Below, one piece after another: positions 41,488-55,794 of a stretch of 64,000 nt of DNA; within the stretch, counting starts at the first letter, position 1, and each line of letters opens with the position of its first letter. The notes beneath the pieces are model-generated. The model saw only the letters and a list, made by a program, of their open reading frames with translations. It was not told the DNA's origin and searched no databases. The position numbers and the translations under genes were made by a program. The stretch is from Octopus vulgaris (Eukaryota), in assembly GCA_951406725.2 (NCBI GenBank), contig OX597840.1:10106001-10170000 (forward strand), given 5' to 3'.

Positions 41488-43103
41488 CAGGGTTGCCAAA
41501 TAAATTCGTTCGTGTTATCTCAATTACTTTCATCCATATTTTTCATCAAAAATTTTAACAAATTAGTCATTAATGTATTTTTCATTGTTAATAACTTCTT
41601 GCCCACGTTCTTCTGGTTTATCGATATCTTGTCTACTCTATTTACTCTTTACTCTTTTACTTGTTTTAGTTATTTGACTGCGGCCATGCTGGAGCACCGC
41701 CTTTAATCGAGCAAATCGACCCCATGACTTATTCTTTGTATCGGTCTCTTTTGCCAAACTGCTAAGTGACGGCGACGTAAACACACCAGCATCGGTTGTC
41801 AAGCAACGCTAAGGGGACAAACACAGACACACAAACACATACACACACATATATACATATATACATATATACGACAGGCTTCTTTCAGTTTCCGTCTACC
41901 AAATCCACTCACAAGGCATAATCGACCCGGGGCTATAGCAGAAGACACTTGCCCAAGGTGTCACGCAGTGGGACTGAACCCGGAACCATGTTGCTGGTTA
42001 GCAAGCTACTTACCCCACAGCCACTCCTGGGTTTTTTAAGCTCTACGTCGCTGTTGAACGAAATGTCTCGCAGACGTTTGGGGAACGAACGAAAAAGGTG
42101 ATAATCTGAAGTCCCTATACAAGGTATATATGTTAAATGCAGTTGAACTTCTCAAGATCTTGAGTAGCATTTTTTGTCAATTTAGCGACACGGGGGAAGG
42201 CTTTGTCGTGTTGGAGAAGTACGCCATGATGCTGGTCGGGTTTTTGATCTGGATTATCTCGTTGAGCCGGTGTATTTGCTGGTTGTTTTCAAGCATTTCT
42301 TTGAAGGTTAGTTTTTCACAATTCTACCAAACGCAGATCATAGTCTTGCAGGGATGCAGCTCTGGATTGTCTCAAGGTGTTGCTTGCTTATCGAGACTCA
42401 TCCATTTTTTTCTTCTGCTTCACATTTGACACAAAGACACCATTTTCATCGCTGTTGCCGTTGAAATGAAGAAATCTCTGCGTTCATAATTAGCCTGGTG
42501 TTGTGCGAGAAAACTCACAGCGATGGAGGAAATTTGGAGTTGCTCGTTTTCGTTCAGAGCATGTGGCACTCATGCACCGAGTTTTTGGACCTTAGCCATC
42601 AAGTGAAGGTGACGGGTTACGGTACCATGTCAGCATCCCATCTGCTGGGTCAATTTCCTGCAGGATTGTGTGGATCCTCGAAGATGATCTTGTTCAATCG
42701 GTCGTCACTGAACTGAACAGATTAACCGGAACGTGGAGTGTTTGTGAAAATTATTTTCCTTGAAGTGTGAAAACTATTTTTTTGCAGTTCTTTAATATGA
42801 CACTTTTTCCAGACACAACAAACATGTTTCAAGTTAATTAGCAGCTTTGGGACCTTGACTAAAAGCGAAGAGGATCTGGTAGTGAAAAATGTTAATTTTT
42901 TTTTATACTTGGCACTCAGTCTTCATATTTCTGAAAAGAACTAAGATTTATTCAAATTTTAAAAATAATTAACAAAAGTTGTAGAGCGAAGTTGAGTTAC
43001 AAAAGCAGGAAAAAAACCGGTAAAATCCTACGATAAAAATATATTTCCGTGTTAATTCAAATAACACCGGAAAGAAGAGAACGACTTTAACTGAAGACCC
43101 AAC
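41488..43103 (-). pseudogene. Degenerate mariner transposon interrupted by a SINE A
   Basis: Minus-strand remnants KLGA*VPHAL (WVPHEL motif), LQHDK, SDYHLFRS, EERGQEVINNEKYIND*; weak TIRs at both ends. Confidence 0.75.
41632..42029 (-). mobile_element. SINE family A nested in mariner
   Basis: Matches family A. Confidence 0.9.
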
Positions 43104-43699
43104 ATGTATAGTAATTCAAAATTAATTCTCTCAATATATTAATTGCATTTTCCCTGAAGTTATTTTCTTGATGACGAGCGATATAGAGGGAGATTATAAA
43201 ACCATTATCTCTATAGAAACCGAATTGAAGAAAATCAATTTTTAAGTAATTAAATGTGACAACGTAATCAGTACCGAATTTATTGGCTTATATGAATTAA
43301 ATTCGATCTAAAGTATTGAACACCAAATGCGATGTGGACGTAATAACCCAGTGAGTTATTGAGGTCGGATTTTCTATTCTACTTTTCTTCCTAATTTTCG
43401 TTTTATAGCAGACCAACAAAGGACACTCTACAGGGTCTACTTGATTTGATAAGAATAACAGCCAAATCTCCCTCAAATCACACACCACCGCCATAGAAAA
43501 GGATACATCCGGTAATGTTGCACGGAGCTGGTCACGGGTGGAGTGTTTGTGATTATTGGTTTAATTTATTAGAGATGTCCTCTGGCTACGCATTAATAAC
43601 TACCGCTAAAAATAGCTGTCAAGTCTCCCTCAGTTTACGCTGTGCTGCTTTCTAAAAAAAAGAAAAAAAGTTATAAACGGAAGGACGCGTCAGATTATG

Positions 43700-43826
43700 G
43701 TTGCCATGGAAATTCGTAACATGTAGGAAATTGTCAAGGCAGTGATAGATTTGATTAACGATTTCTTCGATGAGGATTGACCTGGGGTCAAACAGCATTG
43801 ACAGTGATTGGTGATTGGTGAAAACA

Positions 43827-43864
<38 letters not shown>

Positions 43865-44524
43865 CACCACTACCACCACCACCACCACCACCACCACCAT
43901 CACCACCACCACCTTCACCACCATCACCACTATCATCACCACCACCACCATCACCACCACCACCACCACCACCATCACCACCACCACCACCACCACCACC
44001 ACAACCACCACCACCACCAACACCACCACCATCACCACCACCACCACCACCACCACCACCACCACCACCACCACCACCACCACCACCACCACCACCACCA
44101 CCACCACCACCACCACCACCACCACCACCACCACCACCACCACCACCACCACACCACCACCACGATTATGATGGCGGTGACATTGACAACCGACAACCAT
44201 ACTGTTGCTATGGGAACGATGACTATAAAATTTGTAGCTAATTATTTTGGCATTATGACCGGCAGCTTCCATTGAAATAATTTACCATAGCAACAAAAGC
44301 CAGCAGGTGTCACGAAGTCGCCTCTAGTTGCTAGAAGTAGTAGTTAAATTTCCCTCAAATCACCACATCTTAGTGTCTACAAATATAACTTGTTACAAAA
44401 TGCGCTGAGGCATCCGTGAATGTTGGAAAAAAGGCGAAATCGTCACGGTTGGAATGGTATTTTTCTATATGCCTGCGGCTTGAACAGATCTAAGCCCTTG
44501 TCAAACAACTGTCACCATAGCAAC
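43700..44524. promoter_or_regulatory. Cluster of RFX X-box-like motifs
   Basis: GTTGCCATGGAAAT 43700, GTTGCTATGGGAAC 44204, TTTACCATAGCAAC 44281, GTCACCATAGCAAC 44511. Confidence 0.45.
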
Positions 44525-44599
44525 AACAGCAGTAATAGTCAAAATCCACAACAACAATCATTAAGCATATTTAGGTTCAACAGCAGCAGCTGGAGCAGC

Positions 44600-44940
44600 A
44601 ATGGTTAAGCAGCGGACTCGCGGTCGGAGGATCGCGGTTTCGATTCCCAGACCGGGCGTTGTGTGTGTTTATTGAGCGAAAACACCTAAAAAGCTCCACG
44701 AGGCTCCGGCAGGGGGTGGCGGCGACCCCCTGTTGTACTCTTTCGCTCCAACTTTCTCTCACTTTTTCTTCCTGTTTCTTGTCCTCCCCGACTTCCTACG
44801 CAACCGCTGAGCCTGGATGCTCATTCATCCATCCGTCGATGCTCTCGGTGTCGGGGGGGTTGACCTGCTTTCTCTTCTGCGGGTCTTACGAATAGCAAAG
44901 GACCACGTTTCGGACTTCTCCCATCTTGCGACGACAACAA
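44600..44940 (+). mobile_element. SINE with C/D head and a third tail type
   Basis: Head as in D, unrelated tail ending in (CAA)n. Confidence 0.75.
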
Positions 44941-45079
44941 CAACAACAACATCATCAACAACAACATCATAATCATCATCATCATCATCATCATCATCAT
45001 ATTCGTCATCGTCGTCATCATCATCTTCACCACCACCGCCACCACTATCACCATCACCATCACCATCATCATCATCATT

Positions 45080-45117
<38 letters not shown>

Positions 45118-45389
45118 GAATGATATTCGAGAAAAAGGAATAGGAGCACAGCCGACCTACTAGAAATAGCAGCTAAATTTCCGCTAGCACGTTGTTATTA
45201 TCGTTAAAAACGTGGTATCCACAACCTGATGCAGTTCTACATACATTAACTCCGAAATTGTAAACAAAACGGCGGAGTGGCCATGGATGGAATACTTTAT
45301 GTGTTGTTTATTGTGTCTGACTAAGGCGGTGAGGAGGCAGAATTGTTAGCACGCTGGACAATATGATTAACGGGATTACTTTTGACTAA

Positions 45390-45688
45390 CGTGTAAGTGG
45401 CTGAGTACTCCACAGACACGTGTACCTATAACGTAGTTCTCGGGAGATTCAGCGTGACACAGTGTGACAAGGCTGGTCCCTTGAAATACAGGTACAACAG
45501 GAAGAAAGAGAGAGAGAAAGTTATGGTGAAAGAGTACAGTAGGGTTCGCCACCGCCCTCTGCCGGAGCCCTGTGGAGCTTCATGTGTTTTTACTCAATAA
45601 ACACTCACAACGCCCACTCTGGGAATCGAAACCGCGATCGTATGACCGCGACTCCGCTGCCCTAACCACTGGGCCATTGCGCCTCCAC
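45390..45688 (-). mobile_element. SINE with C/D head and a fourth tail type
   Basis: Head as in D; tail CCAGCCTTGTCACA..GAATCTCCC..GAGAACTACG also seen at 4383-4545. Confidence 0.75.
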
Positions 45689-45707
45689 TATTTGTGTACA
45701 TTGAAAC

Positions 45708-45714
<7 letters not shown>

Positions 45715-45747
<33 letters not shown>

Positions 45748-47171
45748 TAGATAGATACATACATACATACATACATACATACATACACACACATACATAC
45801 ATATACATACATACATGCATACATGCATACATAGATACATACATACATACATATATATATACATACATACATACTTACATACATACATACACACACACAT
45901 ACATACATGCATACATGCATACACATATACATAATACATACATACATACATACGTACATGCATTCATACATACATACATACATACACACACACATACATA
46001 CATACGTACATACATACATACATACATTCATACATACATACGTACATACATACGTACATACATTCATACATACATACATACATACATACATAATACATAC
46101 ATACATACATACACACACATACATACATACATACGTACATACATACATACATACATACACACATACATACATACATGCATACATACATACATACATACAT
46201 ACATACTACATACATACATACATACATACATTCATACATACATACATACATACATACATTCATACATACATACGTACATACATACGTACATACATTCATA
46301 CATACATACATACATACATTCATACATACATACATACATACATACATTCATACATACACACGTACATACATACATACATACATTCATACATACATACATA
46401 CATAATACATACATACATACAAACATACATACATACATACATACATACATACATACATACATACATACATACATACATACATACATACATACATACACAC
46501 ATACATACATACATGCATACATACATACACACATACATACATACATACATACATACATACATTCATACATACATACATACATACATACATTCATACATAC
46601 ATACATACATACATTCATACATACATACATACATAATACATACATACATACAAACATACATACATACATACATACATACATACATACATACATACATGCA
46701 TGCTTACATACATACATACATGCATACATACATGCATACATTCATACACACATACATACATACATACATACATACATTCATAAATACATACATACATAGA
46801 TACATACATTCATACATACATACCTACATACATTCATACATTCATACATACATACATACACACATACATGCATACATACATACATACATACATACATACA
46901 TACATGCATACATACACACAAACATACATACATACACACATACACATATACATTCATACATACATACTTACATAGTACATACATACACACATACATACAT
47001 ACATACATACATACACACATACACATATACATACATACATACTTACATACATACATAAATACATACATACAAACATACATACATACATACACACATACAT
47101 AATACATACATACATACATACATACACACATACATACACACATACATACATATATACATACACACATACAT
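45715..47171. repeat. About 1.4 kb degenerate (CATA)n
   Basis: Direct reading. Confidence 0.95.
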
Positions 47172-47633
47172 ACGGTTCGGCAAAAGAGACCGGTACAATA
47201 AGTACTAGGCTTACGAAGAATAAGTCCTGTGGTCGATTTGCTCGACTGAAGGCGGTGCTCCAGCACGGCCGCCACAGTCAGATGACTTGAAACAAGTAAA
47301 AGAGTAAAAGAGTAACCCCCCCTCGTATGTGGTAATGCGACCATGTCTCTATAGCAACGCTACCTATAGATAATAATAATAATAATAAAGAAGCAACCGG
47401 CATCATTTTTTTTAAATAATGCAGCGAACCGATATTCGTTTCTGGGTCTCTTTCCTATTTCAAGGCAGAATAGATACCATTTTAAAATCAATAGATTCCT
47501 GATAATTCCTCGAAGAACACGAAACCAGCATCGCAGTTGAAATGTTTCGTTTTACAATGGCGAAGATAACAAATGCTGCATGAACGCTGGAAGTAATTAG
47601 CGTCATGTTACAAGCGGTTCCATACAAGCATAA

Positions 47634-49049
47634 GGCGGCGAGCTGGCAGAAACGTTAGCACGCCGGGCGAAATGCTAAGCGGTATTTCGTCTGTCGTTAC
47701 GTTGTGAGTTCAAATTCCTCCGAGGTCGACTTTGCCTTTCATCCTTTCGGGGTCGATAAATTAAGTACCAGTTACGCACTGGGGGTCGATGTAATCGACT
47801 TAATACCTATGTCTGTCCTTGTTTGTCCCCTCTGTGTTTAGCCCCTTGTGGGTAATAAAGAAATAGGTTCCATACAAGTATGAAGGCGGCGAGCTGGCAG
47901 AAACGTTAGCACGCCGGGCGAAATGCTTAGCGGCATTTCGTCTGCGTTACGTTCTGAGTTCAAATTCCGCCGAGGTCGACTTTACCTTTTATCCTTTCGG
48001 GGTCGATAAATTAAGTACCAGTTAAGCACTGGGGTCGATGTAATCAACTTAATACCTATGTCTGTCCATGTTTGTCTCCTCTATGTTTAGCCCCTTGTGG
48101 GTAATAAAGAAATAGAAATAGGTATTTCGTCTGCGTTACGTTCTGAGTTCAAATTCCGCCGAGGTCGACTTTGCCTTTCATCCTTTCGGGGTCGATAAAT
48201 TAAGTACCATTTACGCACTGGGGTCGATGTAATCGACTTAATACCCATGTCTGTCCTTGTTTGTCTCCTCTATGTTTAGCCCCTTGTGGGTAATAAAGAA
48301 ATAGAAATAGGTATTTCGTCTGCGTTACGTTCTGAGTTCAAATTCCGCCGAGGTCGACTTTGCCTTTCATCCTTTCGGGGTCGATAAATTAAGTACCATT
48401 TACGCACTGGGGTCGAAGTAATCGACTTAATACCCATGTCTGTCCTTGTTTGTCCCCTCTGTGTTTAGACCCTTGTGGGTAATAAAGAAATAGAAATAGG
48501 TATTTCGTCTGCGTTACGTTGTGAGTTCAAATTCCGCCGAGGTCGACTTTGCCTTTCATCCTTTCAGGGTCGATAAATTAAGTACCAGTTAAGCACTGGA
48601 GTCGATATAATCGATTTAATACCTATGTCTGTCCATGTTTGTCCTCTCTATGGTTAGCCCCTTGTGGGTAATAAAGAAATAGGTATTTCGTCTGCGTTAC
48701 GTTGTGAGTTCAAATTCCGCCGAGGTCGACTTTGCCTTTCATCCTTTCGGGGTCGATAAATTAAGTACCAGTTATGCACTGGGGTCGATGTAATCGTCTT
48801 AATACCTATGTCTGTCCTTGTTTGTCCCCTCTATGTTTAGCCCCTTGTGGGTAATAAAGAAATAGGTATTTCGTCAGCCGTTACGTTCTGAGTTCAAATT
48901 CCGCCGAGGTCGACTTTGCCTTTCATCCTTTCGGGGTCGATAAATTAAGTACCAGTTATGCACTGGGGTCGATGTAATCGTCTTAATACCTATGTCTGTC
49001 CTTGTTTGTCCCCTCTATGTTTAGCCCCTTGTGGGTAATAAAGAAATAG
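47634..49049 (+). mobile_element. SINE B tandem array (2 full copies plus 5 partial 3' units)
   Basis: Units of about 185 bp; flank GGTTCCATACA(A/T)G(C/T)AT at 47616, 47866 and 49049. Confidence 0.9.
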
Positions 49050-49114
49050 GTTCCATACATGCATGGGGGGGGATTGTTCATCCATATGTGATATGTGTTC
49101 GATGGCTAACCTGA

Positions 49115-49306
49115 ACGGCTCTTGTGGTAAGACGTTTGCTTGCCAACCACAGGATGGGATTCCGGGTTCAATCCCACTGTGTGGCACCTGGGCAAGTGTC
49201 TGCTAGTATAGCCTCCGGCCGACCAAAGCTTTGCTAATGGATTTGGTAGGCGAAAACTGAAAGACCTTCGTATACACACACAGACACACACATACACACA
49301 CACACA

Positions 49307-49378
<72 letters not shown>

Positions 49379-49410
49379 AACACACACACACACACACACA
49401 AAAACACACA

Positions 49411-49472
<62 letters not shown>

Positions 49473-49480
49473 CACACACA

Positions 49481-49518
<38 letters not shown>

Positions 49519-49598
49519 CACACACACAACACACACACACACACACACACAAAAAACACACACAAAAACACACACAAAAACACACACACACACACACA

Positions 49599-49644
<46 letters not shown>

Positions 49645-49652
49645 CACACACA

Positions 49653-49724
<72 letters not shown>

Positions 49725-49732
49725 CACACACA

Positions 49733-49808
<76 letters not shown>

Positions 49809-50130
49809 CACACACACACACACACACATACACACACACACACATACACACAAAAACACACACACATACACACACAAACACACACACACACACACACACA
49901 CAGGGAGTGCGGGTATCTATCTGTTTTTTTTTTTGTGATGGTGTTTTGCTCACAATACCGTTTCTCAACCGGTGTTGGTGTCTTTAGGTTCTGGTAACTT
50001 AGCGGTTCGGCAAAAGAAACTAATAGAATAAGTATCATGCTTTAAAAAACAAAGTAGTGGGGTCGATTTGTTCGGCTAAAAGTTCTTCAATGTGGTACCT
50101 CACTATGGCCGCAATTAAATGACCGGAAAA
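49115..50130 (+). mobile_element. Old SINE A with internal (CA)n expansion of about 630 bp
   Basis: Diverged head 49115-49270 and tail 49960-50130 flank the CA tract. Confidence 0.7.
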
Positions 50131-50138
50131 AAATAAAG

Positions 50139-50187
<49 letters not shown>

Positions 50188-50349
50188 TCTTTTTTTCTCT
50201 TTTACTCTTTTACTTGTTTCAGTCATTTGACTGCGGCCATGCTGGAGCACCGCCTTTAGTCGAGCAAATCGATGGGTTAATTTCTAAGAGATTAAACCCA
50301 TTAGATTTCAACTAGACTATTTATTATTGCTGCCGGGAGGTGGCGCGTC

Positions 50350-50407
50350 AATCGTCGTAAAGTCGATCGGTCGTAAGTTGGATACGTCGTAAGTCGACGA
50401 CGACCTG
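50350..50407. mobile_element. Tigger/pogo-type transposon end
   Basis: Repeated GTCGTAAGT ending GTCGTAAGTCGACGACGACCTG|TA. Confidence 0.55.
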
Positions 50408-50419
50408 TATATGTATATG

Positions 50420-50483
<64 letters not shown>

Positions 50484-50642
50484 GCAACAATTTAGATTCA
50501 AATGAATATGGTACTTAATATGGTACTAAATCTGCTGTAATACTTACAACTTTTAATAAAATGTTGTAGTGCGAAACAATTGTACCAAATTACCGGAGTC
50601 ATTCTTGTTGCTTATTTTTGATTTTATATATATATATATATA

Positions 50643-51145
50643 TGACGTCGATGTTCGCCTGGGGCTAAATGCAACAGTAACACCCCCACCACCCTGCCCT
50701 GTCCCTAGCCATATTCCGATGGCTTTAGTCCCTTATGTTATCGAGCAGTTACTGTCTATATCCCTTTTAGAGAATTATTATTGCTTTCGAACAGATTTTC
50801 GAAATCAGCAAATGTATTTTGCTTGAAAATCTATATAAGAAAATCCTGCAGAGTGAGAATTCGTCGAGGAAGCGGAGGCCTACCACACGCCGATGATAGG
50901 CAATACACCTTGAAACCATGGTCCGTGTGTGGTTTCCGCTTCATCGGGGAATTACCTCCCTTTGCAGGTTAAGGGCACCGTGACGGTGTCGAGCCTTTCT
51001 GGTGACGTCGATGTTCGCCTGGGGCTAAATGCAACAGTAACACCCCCACCACCCTGCCCTGTCCCTAGCCATATTCAGATGGCTTTAGTCCCTTATGTTA
51101 TCGAGCAGTTACTGTCTATATCCCTTTTAGAGAATTATTATTGCT
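50643..51145. repeat. 143 bp direct repeats, 360 bp period, inside (TA)n
   Basis: 50643-50785 nearly identical to 51003-51145. Confidence 0.9.
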
Positions 51146-51822
51146 ATATATATATTGTATTGCAGAAATTGCTTTCTGCTATTGCACCCTTTTTCACATC
51201 GCTACTGCTGTCATTAACCAAGTGAGAGGTGATTGAGATACACAGGTTAGTAGATGAGAGTTTACCGCTGCAATAAAACAATGAATATTTACACACTGTT
51301 TCTGTATTGAGTACATTTTCCTCTTGTTTGTAGCCTCAGAATTACATATACGTATGCGTGTTATGTGTGTAAGTATACACATATGTATAGAACGTCAATT
51401 TTGACATATGTATTATTGAGTTTTTCATGCCGAACGTATGTGTCTGTTTACGTACGTATGTCTATATGAATGTCTGTGTGTCTTACACGGGAGATTGTCT
51501 ATTCTTGTTTCGCAACATAAAATATCAGTCAATATTTGAAGCTTCCCCAGTGACATGTTTCAAGTTAAATTAATTCTGCCTATTGTTTGGCTTGTTTCAA
51601 AGAAAAGCATTGCCTCTAGCGGCGTGTTCTTTCCTGCTGACCTCATTAACTTTCTAGCATCCGGTATGCGGAGCTTTCGACTTGTAACACTTGTATTTGA
51701 ATGTATTTATGAGACTCAGCATTCTCGGTTGGTAAAATGAAGTACCGGTGAACTACTGGGTCAGATTTAATATTCTTATAAAACATCCTCGATTTAAATG
51801 GAATTATAATCTATAATTATAA

Positions 51823-52157
51823 TCTTCTGCTATAGCCTCGGGCCGACCAAAGCCTTGTGAGTGGATTTGGTAGACGGAAACTTAAAGAAGCCCGTCGTAT
51901 ATATGTATATATATGTATATATGTATGTGTGTGTATATGTTTGTGTGTCTGTGTTTGTCCCTCCAACATCGCTTGACAACCGATGCTGGTGTGTTTACGT
52001 CCCCGTAACTTAGCGGTTCGGCAAAATAGACCGATAGAATAAGTACTAGGCTTACAAAGAATAAGTCCTGGGATCGACTTTCTCGACTAAAGGCGATGCT
52101 CCAGCATGGTCGCAGTCAAATTACTGAAACAAATAAAAGAGTAAAAGAGTTAAGAGT
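51823..52157 (+). mobile_element. SINE family A, 5' truncated
   Basis: Matches family A. Confidence 0.9.
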
Positions 52158-52278
52158 AATAACTAACACTAAGTCTGTCTTTCATCATTCAGAGATTGAT
52201 AAAATATAATAAGTTAACATAATTTAATGTCTAAAAGTTGATGAACCACTTATTGTTCCTCTCCATTTTCTTATTAGC

Positions 52279-52331
<53 letters not shown>

Positions 52332-52475
52332 GTGTGTGGCTTCATATGTTTTGAATTCTCTTCTTGTGAATAGGGTTGTGCACCACAACGAACATCTGGT
52401 AAGAACTCGCCTGTGGATTACAAATAAACATACACTCAGGGGCATATACAAGGGATATTAACACACACATACATT

Positions 52476-52519
<44 letters not shown>

Positions 52520-52589
52520 AACTTACATATGTATACATATATATGTATATATATCAATTTATGTATATGTATGTATGTATGTCTATATA

Positions 52590-53010
52590 TCGAAGTTGGT
52601 GCGTCAGGAATAGATAGACCTTCTCCACGCGGAACTGGGCAAATAGCTAATGGAATGTTTGGATATTAAATGGACGCTTTTTCCTTCTTTGACAAACCCT
52701 TTTTTATTGAAGCTACCATGCAGAAATAGTAATTGTTTGTGTGGTCTGTTGGCTCCCGCCACGTCTTGGCACAACAGAAGACATTTTTCCCTCTTCACGT
52801 TCAACCATTGGCGAAGGTTAATATCACAAGTGTTGCAGCAGATGTGAGGAGCCCACTTCTTATACTAGTCGGCAATCTTGCATCCATCCAAAATATAGGT
52901 GCTATGCCTTTCTAACCATAGCAGTTATACGGCGCTTCTGCGATGCAAAGGTCACCCTGCCACAAATGTAGAAGTTGTTTACCTTATTCACACAAGCGCG
53001 AGGCGTTTAA
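52590..53010 (-). pseudogene. Chapaev3-type (CMC) transposase N-terminal relic
   Basis: Frameshifted minus-strand translation PRACVNKVNNF..YICGRVTFASQKR..HLYFG..KWAPHICCNTC..WREPTDH..YFCM..YPNIP.A..PVP. Confidence 0.75.
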
Positions 53011-53310
53011 AAGAAGAAAACAACAAACAATTAACAGATAAACAAAAAATTCGTTTATAAATTTATCATTATAATATACAGCATGACAGCTTAAAAGAAG
53101 TCTTAATATCATTCAGTAGAAAAATAGAATTAATATAAAATGCCTTACATGCAAATCAATAGTTTGCTCAAGGAATATTTATTATTAGTTTAAAAAGTGC
53201 TTGACTAGGAAAAATCACTTCGCTTTCACGTCAGTATATAAACTTGCACAGCACAACCATCTCGTATGACTTTCTGGAACAATACGGAAGAGCAGTGGGA
53301 CTGTGAGTGC

Positions 53311-54520
53311 GTGGAGGCACATGGCCTAGTGGTTAGAGCAGCGGACTCGCAGTCGAGGGATCGCGGGTTCGAATCTCAGACCAGGTGATGTGTGTGTTTA
53401 TGAGCAAAATCACCTAAGCTCCACGCGGCTCCGGCAGAAGGTATGGGCGAAACTTCTGCTGACTGTTTCGCCACAACTTTCTCTCACTCTTTCCTCCTGC
53501 ATCTTGCAGCTCACCTGCGATGGAGCGGCGTCCTGTCCAGGTGGAGAGCCTATACGCCAAGGAAACCGGGGAACCGGCCTGTATGAGCCAGGCATGTCTC
53601 GAGAAGGAAGGAAGGAACATACATACATACATACATACATACATACATACATACATACATACATACATACATACATGCATGCATGCATGCATTCATACAT
53701 ACATACATACATACATACATACATACATACATACATACATACATACATACATACATACATACATACATACATACATACATACATACATACATACATACAT
53801 ACATACATACATACATACATACATACATACATACATACATAGTGGAGACACATGGCCTAGTGGTTAGAGTAGCGGACTCGCGGTCGAGGGATCGCGAGTT
53901 CGAATCTCAGACCGGACGATGTGTGTGTGTTTATGAGCAAAAACACCTAAGATCCACGCAGCTCCGGCAGAAGGTAATGGTGAAACTTCTGCTGACTCTT
54001 TCGCCAAGACTTTCTCTCACTCTTTCCTCCTGCATTTTGCAGCTCACCTGCGACGGACCAGCGTCCTGTCCAGGTGGGGAACCTATACGCCAAGAAACCG
54101 GGGAACCGGCCCTTATAAGCCTGGCATGTCTCGAGAAGGAAGGAAGGAACATACATACATTCATACATACATACATACATACATACATACATACATACAT
54201 ACATACATACATACATAGTGGAGGCCCATGGCCTAGTGGTTAGAACAGCGGACTAGGGATCGCGGGTTCGAATCTCAGCCCGGACGATGTGTGTGTTTAT
54301 GAGCAAAAACACCTAAGCTCCACGCGGCTCCGGCAGAAGGTAATGGTGAAACTTCTGCTGACTCTTTCGCCACAACTTTCTCTCACTCTTTCCTCCTGCA
54401 TCTTGCAGCTCACCTGCGACGGACCAGCGTCCTGTCCAGGTGGGGAACCTATACGCCAAGGAAACCAGGAAACCGGCGCTTATGAGCCAGGGATGGCTCG
54501 AGAAGGAACAAACAACAAAC
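53311..54520 (+). mobile_element. SINE family C, three tandem copies separated by (ACAT)n
   Basis: Starts near 53311, 53842 and 54218. Confidence 0.9.
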
Positions 54521-54747
54521 TGTGAGCGCGGTAAAAAGCATGCTGCCGAAAACCTGTTGGGGCCTGTTGAGACACATACGTGTATCTTGAAAAGTAGGGC
54601 TATCAAGCAATTTTAGCCATGATATCCATCATCAGTGACCTAAAATTAGTTGGAAATTGCTACTCTGGTTTCAAAAGCATTTTGGTTATTGACTAGTGAA
54701 ATTGGTATGTTTTAAAATTCAGGCTAACGGGTATGTATAATTGGTAT

Positions 54748-55156
54748 ACTCTTTACTTGTTTCAGTCATTTGACTGTGGCCATGCTGGAGCATCGCCTTT
54801 TTAGTCGAGCAAATCGACCCCGGGACTTATTCTTTGTAAGCCCAGTACTTATTCTATCGGTCTCTTTTTGCCGAACCGCTAAGTTACAGGGACGTAAACA
54901 CACCAGCATCGGTTGTCAAGCAATGCTGGGGGAACAAACACAGACACACAAACACATATACACACACACACACATATATATATACATATATACGACAGGC
55001 TTCTTTCTGTTTCCGTCTACCAAATCCACTCACAAGGCATTGGTCGGCCCGGGGCTATAGCAGAAGACACTTGCCCAAGATGCCACGCAGTGGGACTGAA
55101 CCCGTAACCATGTGGTTGGTTAGCAAGCTACTTACCACACAGCCACTCCTGCGCCT
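54748..55156 (-). mobile_element. SINE family A
   Basis: Full copy. Confidence 0.9.
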
Positions 55157-55446
55157 GCGGTATGTTTTAAAATTCAGACCTTCATGTGTCGCGTGAGCTC
55201 CATTGAATGTATTGAGTTCAACTTTCAGTCGTTTGTTTAAGTTGAAATGAGCAACCTACATATCAAGCTTATGATATATATATATCTTTCTAATTAAGCT
55301 GTTGAAAGCCTTCTAAACTGTTGTATTCGTTTCGAGAAAAACCTATCACATATAAGAATAATGCTTAAAAAGAAAGCTAGCAATTACGTCTGTTGTTGAT
55401 ACATTTTGTGTTTTCTTAAGACAATACACATCCAAATGAACTCAGA

Positions 55447-55794
55447 TCGTCTGTCGTTACGTTCTGTGTTCAAATTCCGCCGCGGCCGACTTTGCTTTTC
55501 ATGCTTTCGGGGTCGATAAATAAAGTACCAGTTTCGCACTGGGATCGATGTAATCGTCTGTCCTTGTTTGTCCCCTCTGTATTTAGCCCCTTGTGAGTAG
55601 TAAAAAAGATAGGTATTTCATCTGCCGCTACGTTCTGAGTTCAAATTCCGCCGAGGCCGACTTACTTCGCCTTTCATCCTTTTGGGGTCGATAAATAAAG
55701 AACCAATTTCGCACTGGGATCGATGTAATCGACTTAATCCGTTTGTCTGTCCTTGTTTGTCTCCTCTATGTTTAGCCCCTTGTGGGTAGTAAAG
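55447..55794 (+). mobile_element. SINE B, two partial 3' units
   Basis: Matches family B 3' unit twice. Confidence 0.85.

Noticed and set aside
47634-49049. CRISPR-like array
   Set aside because: Units are entirely repeated SINE pieces with no unique spacers; eukaryotic context
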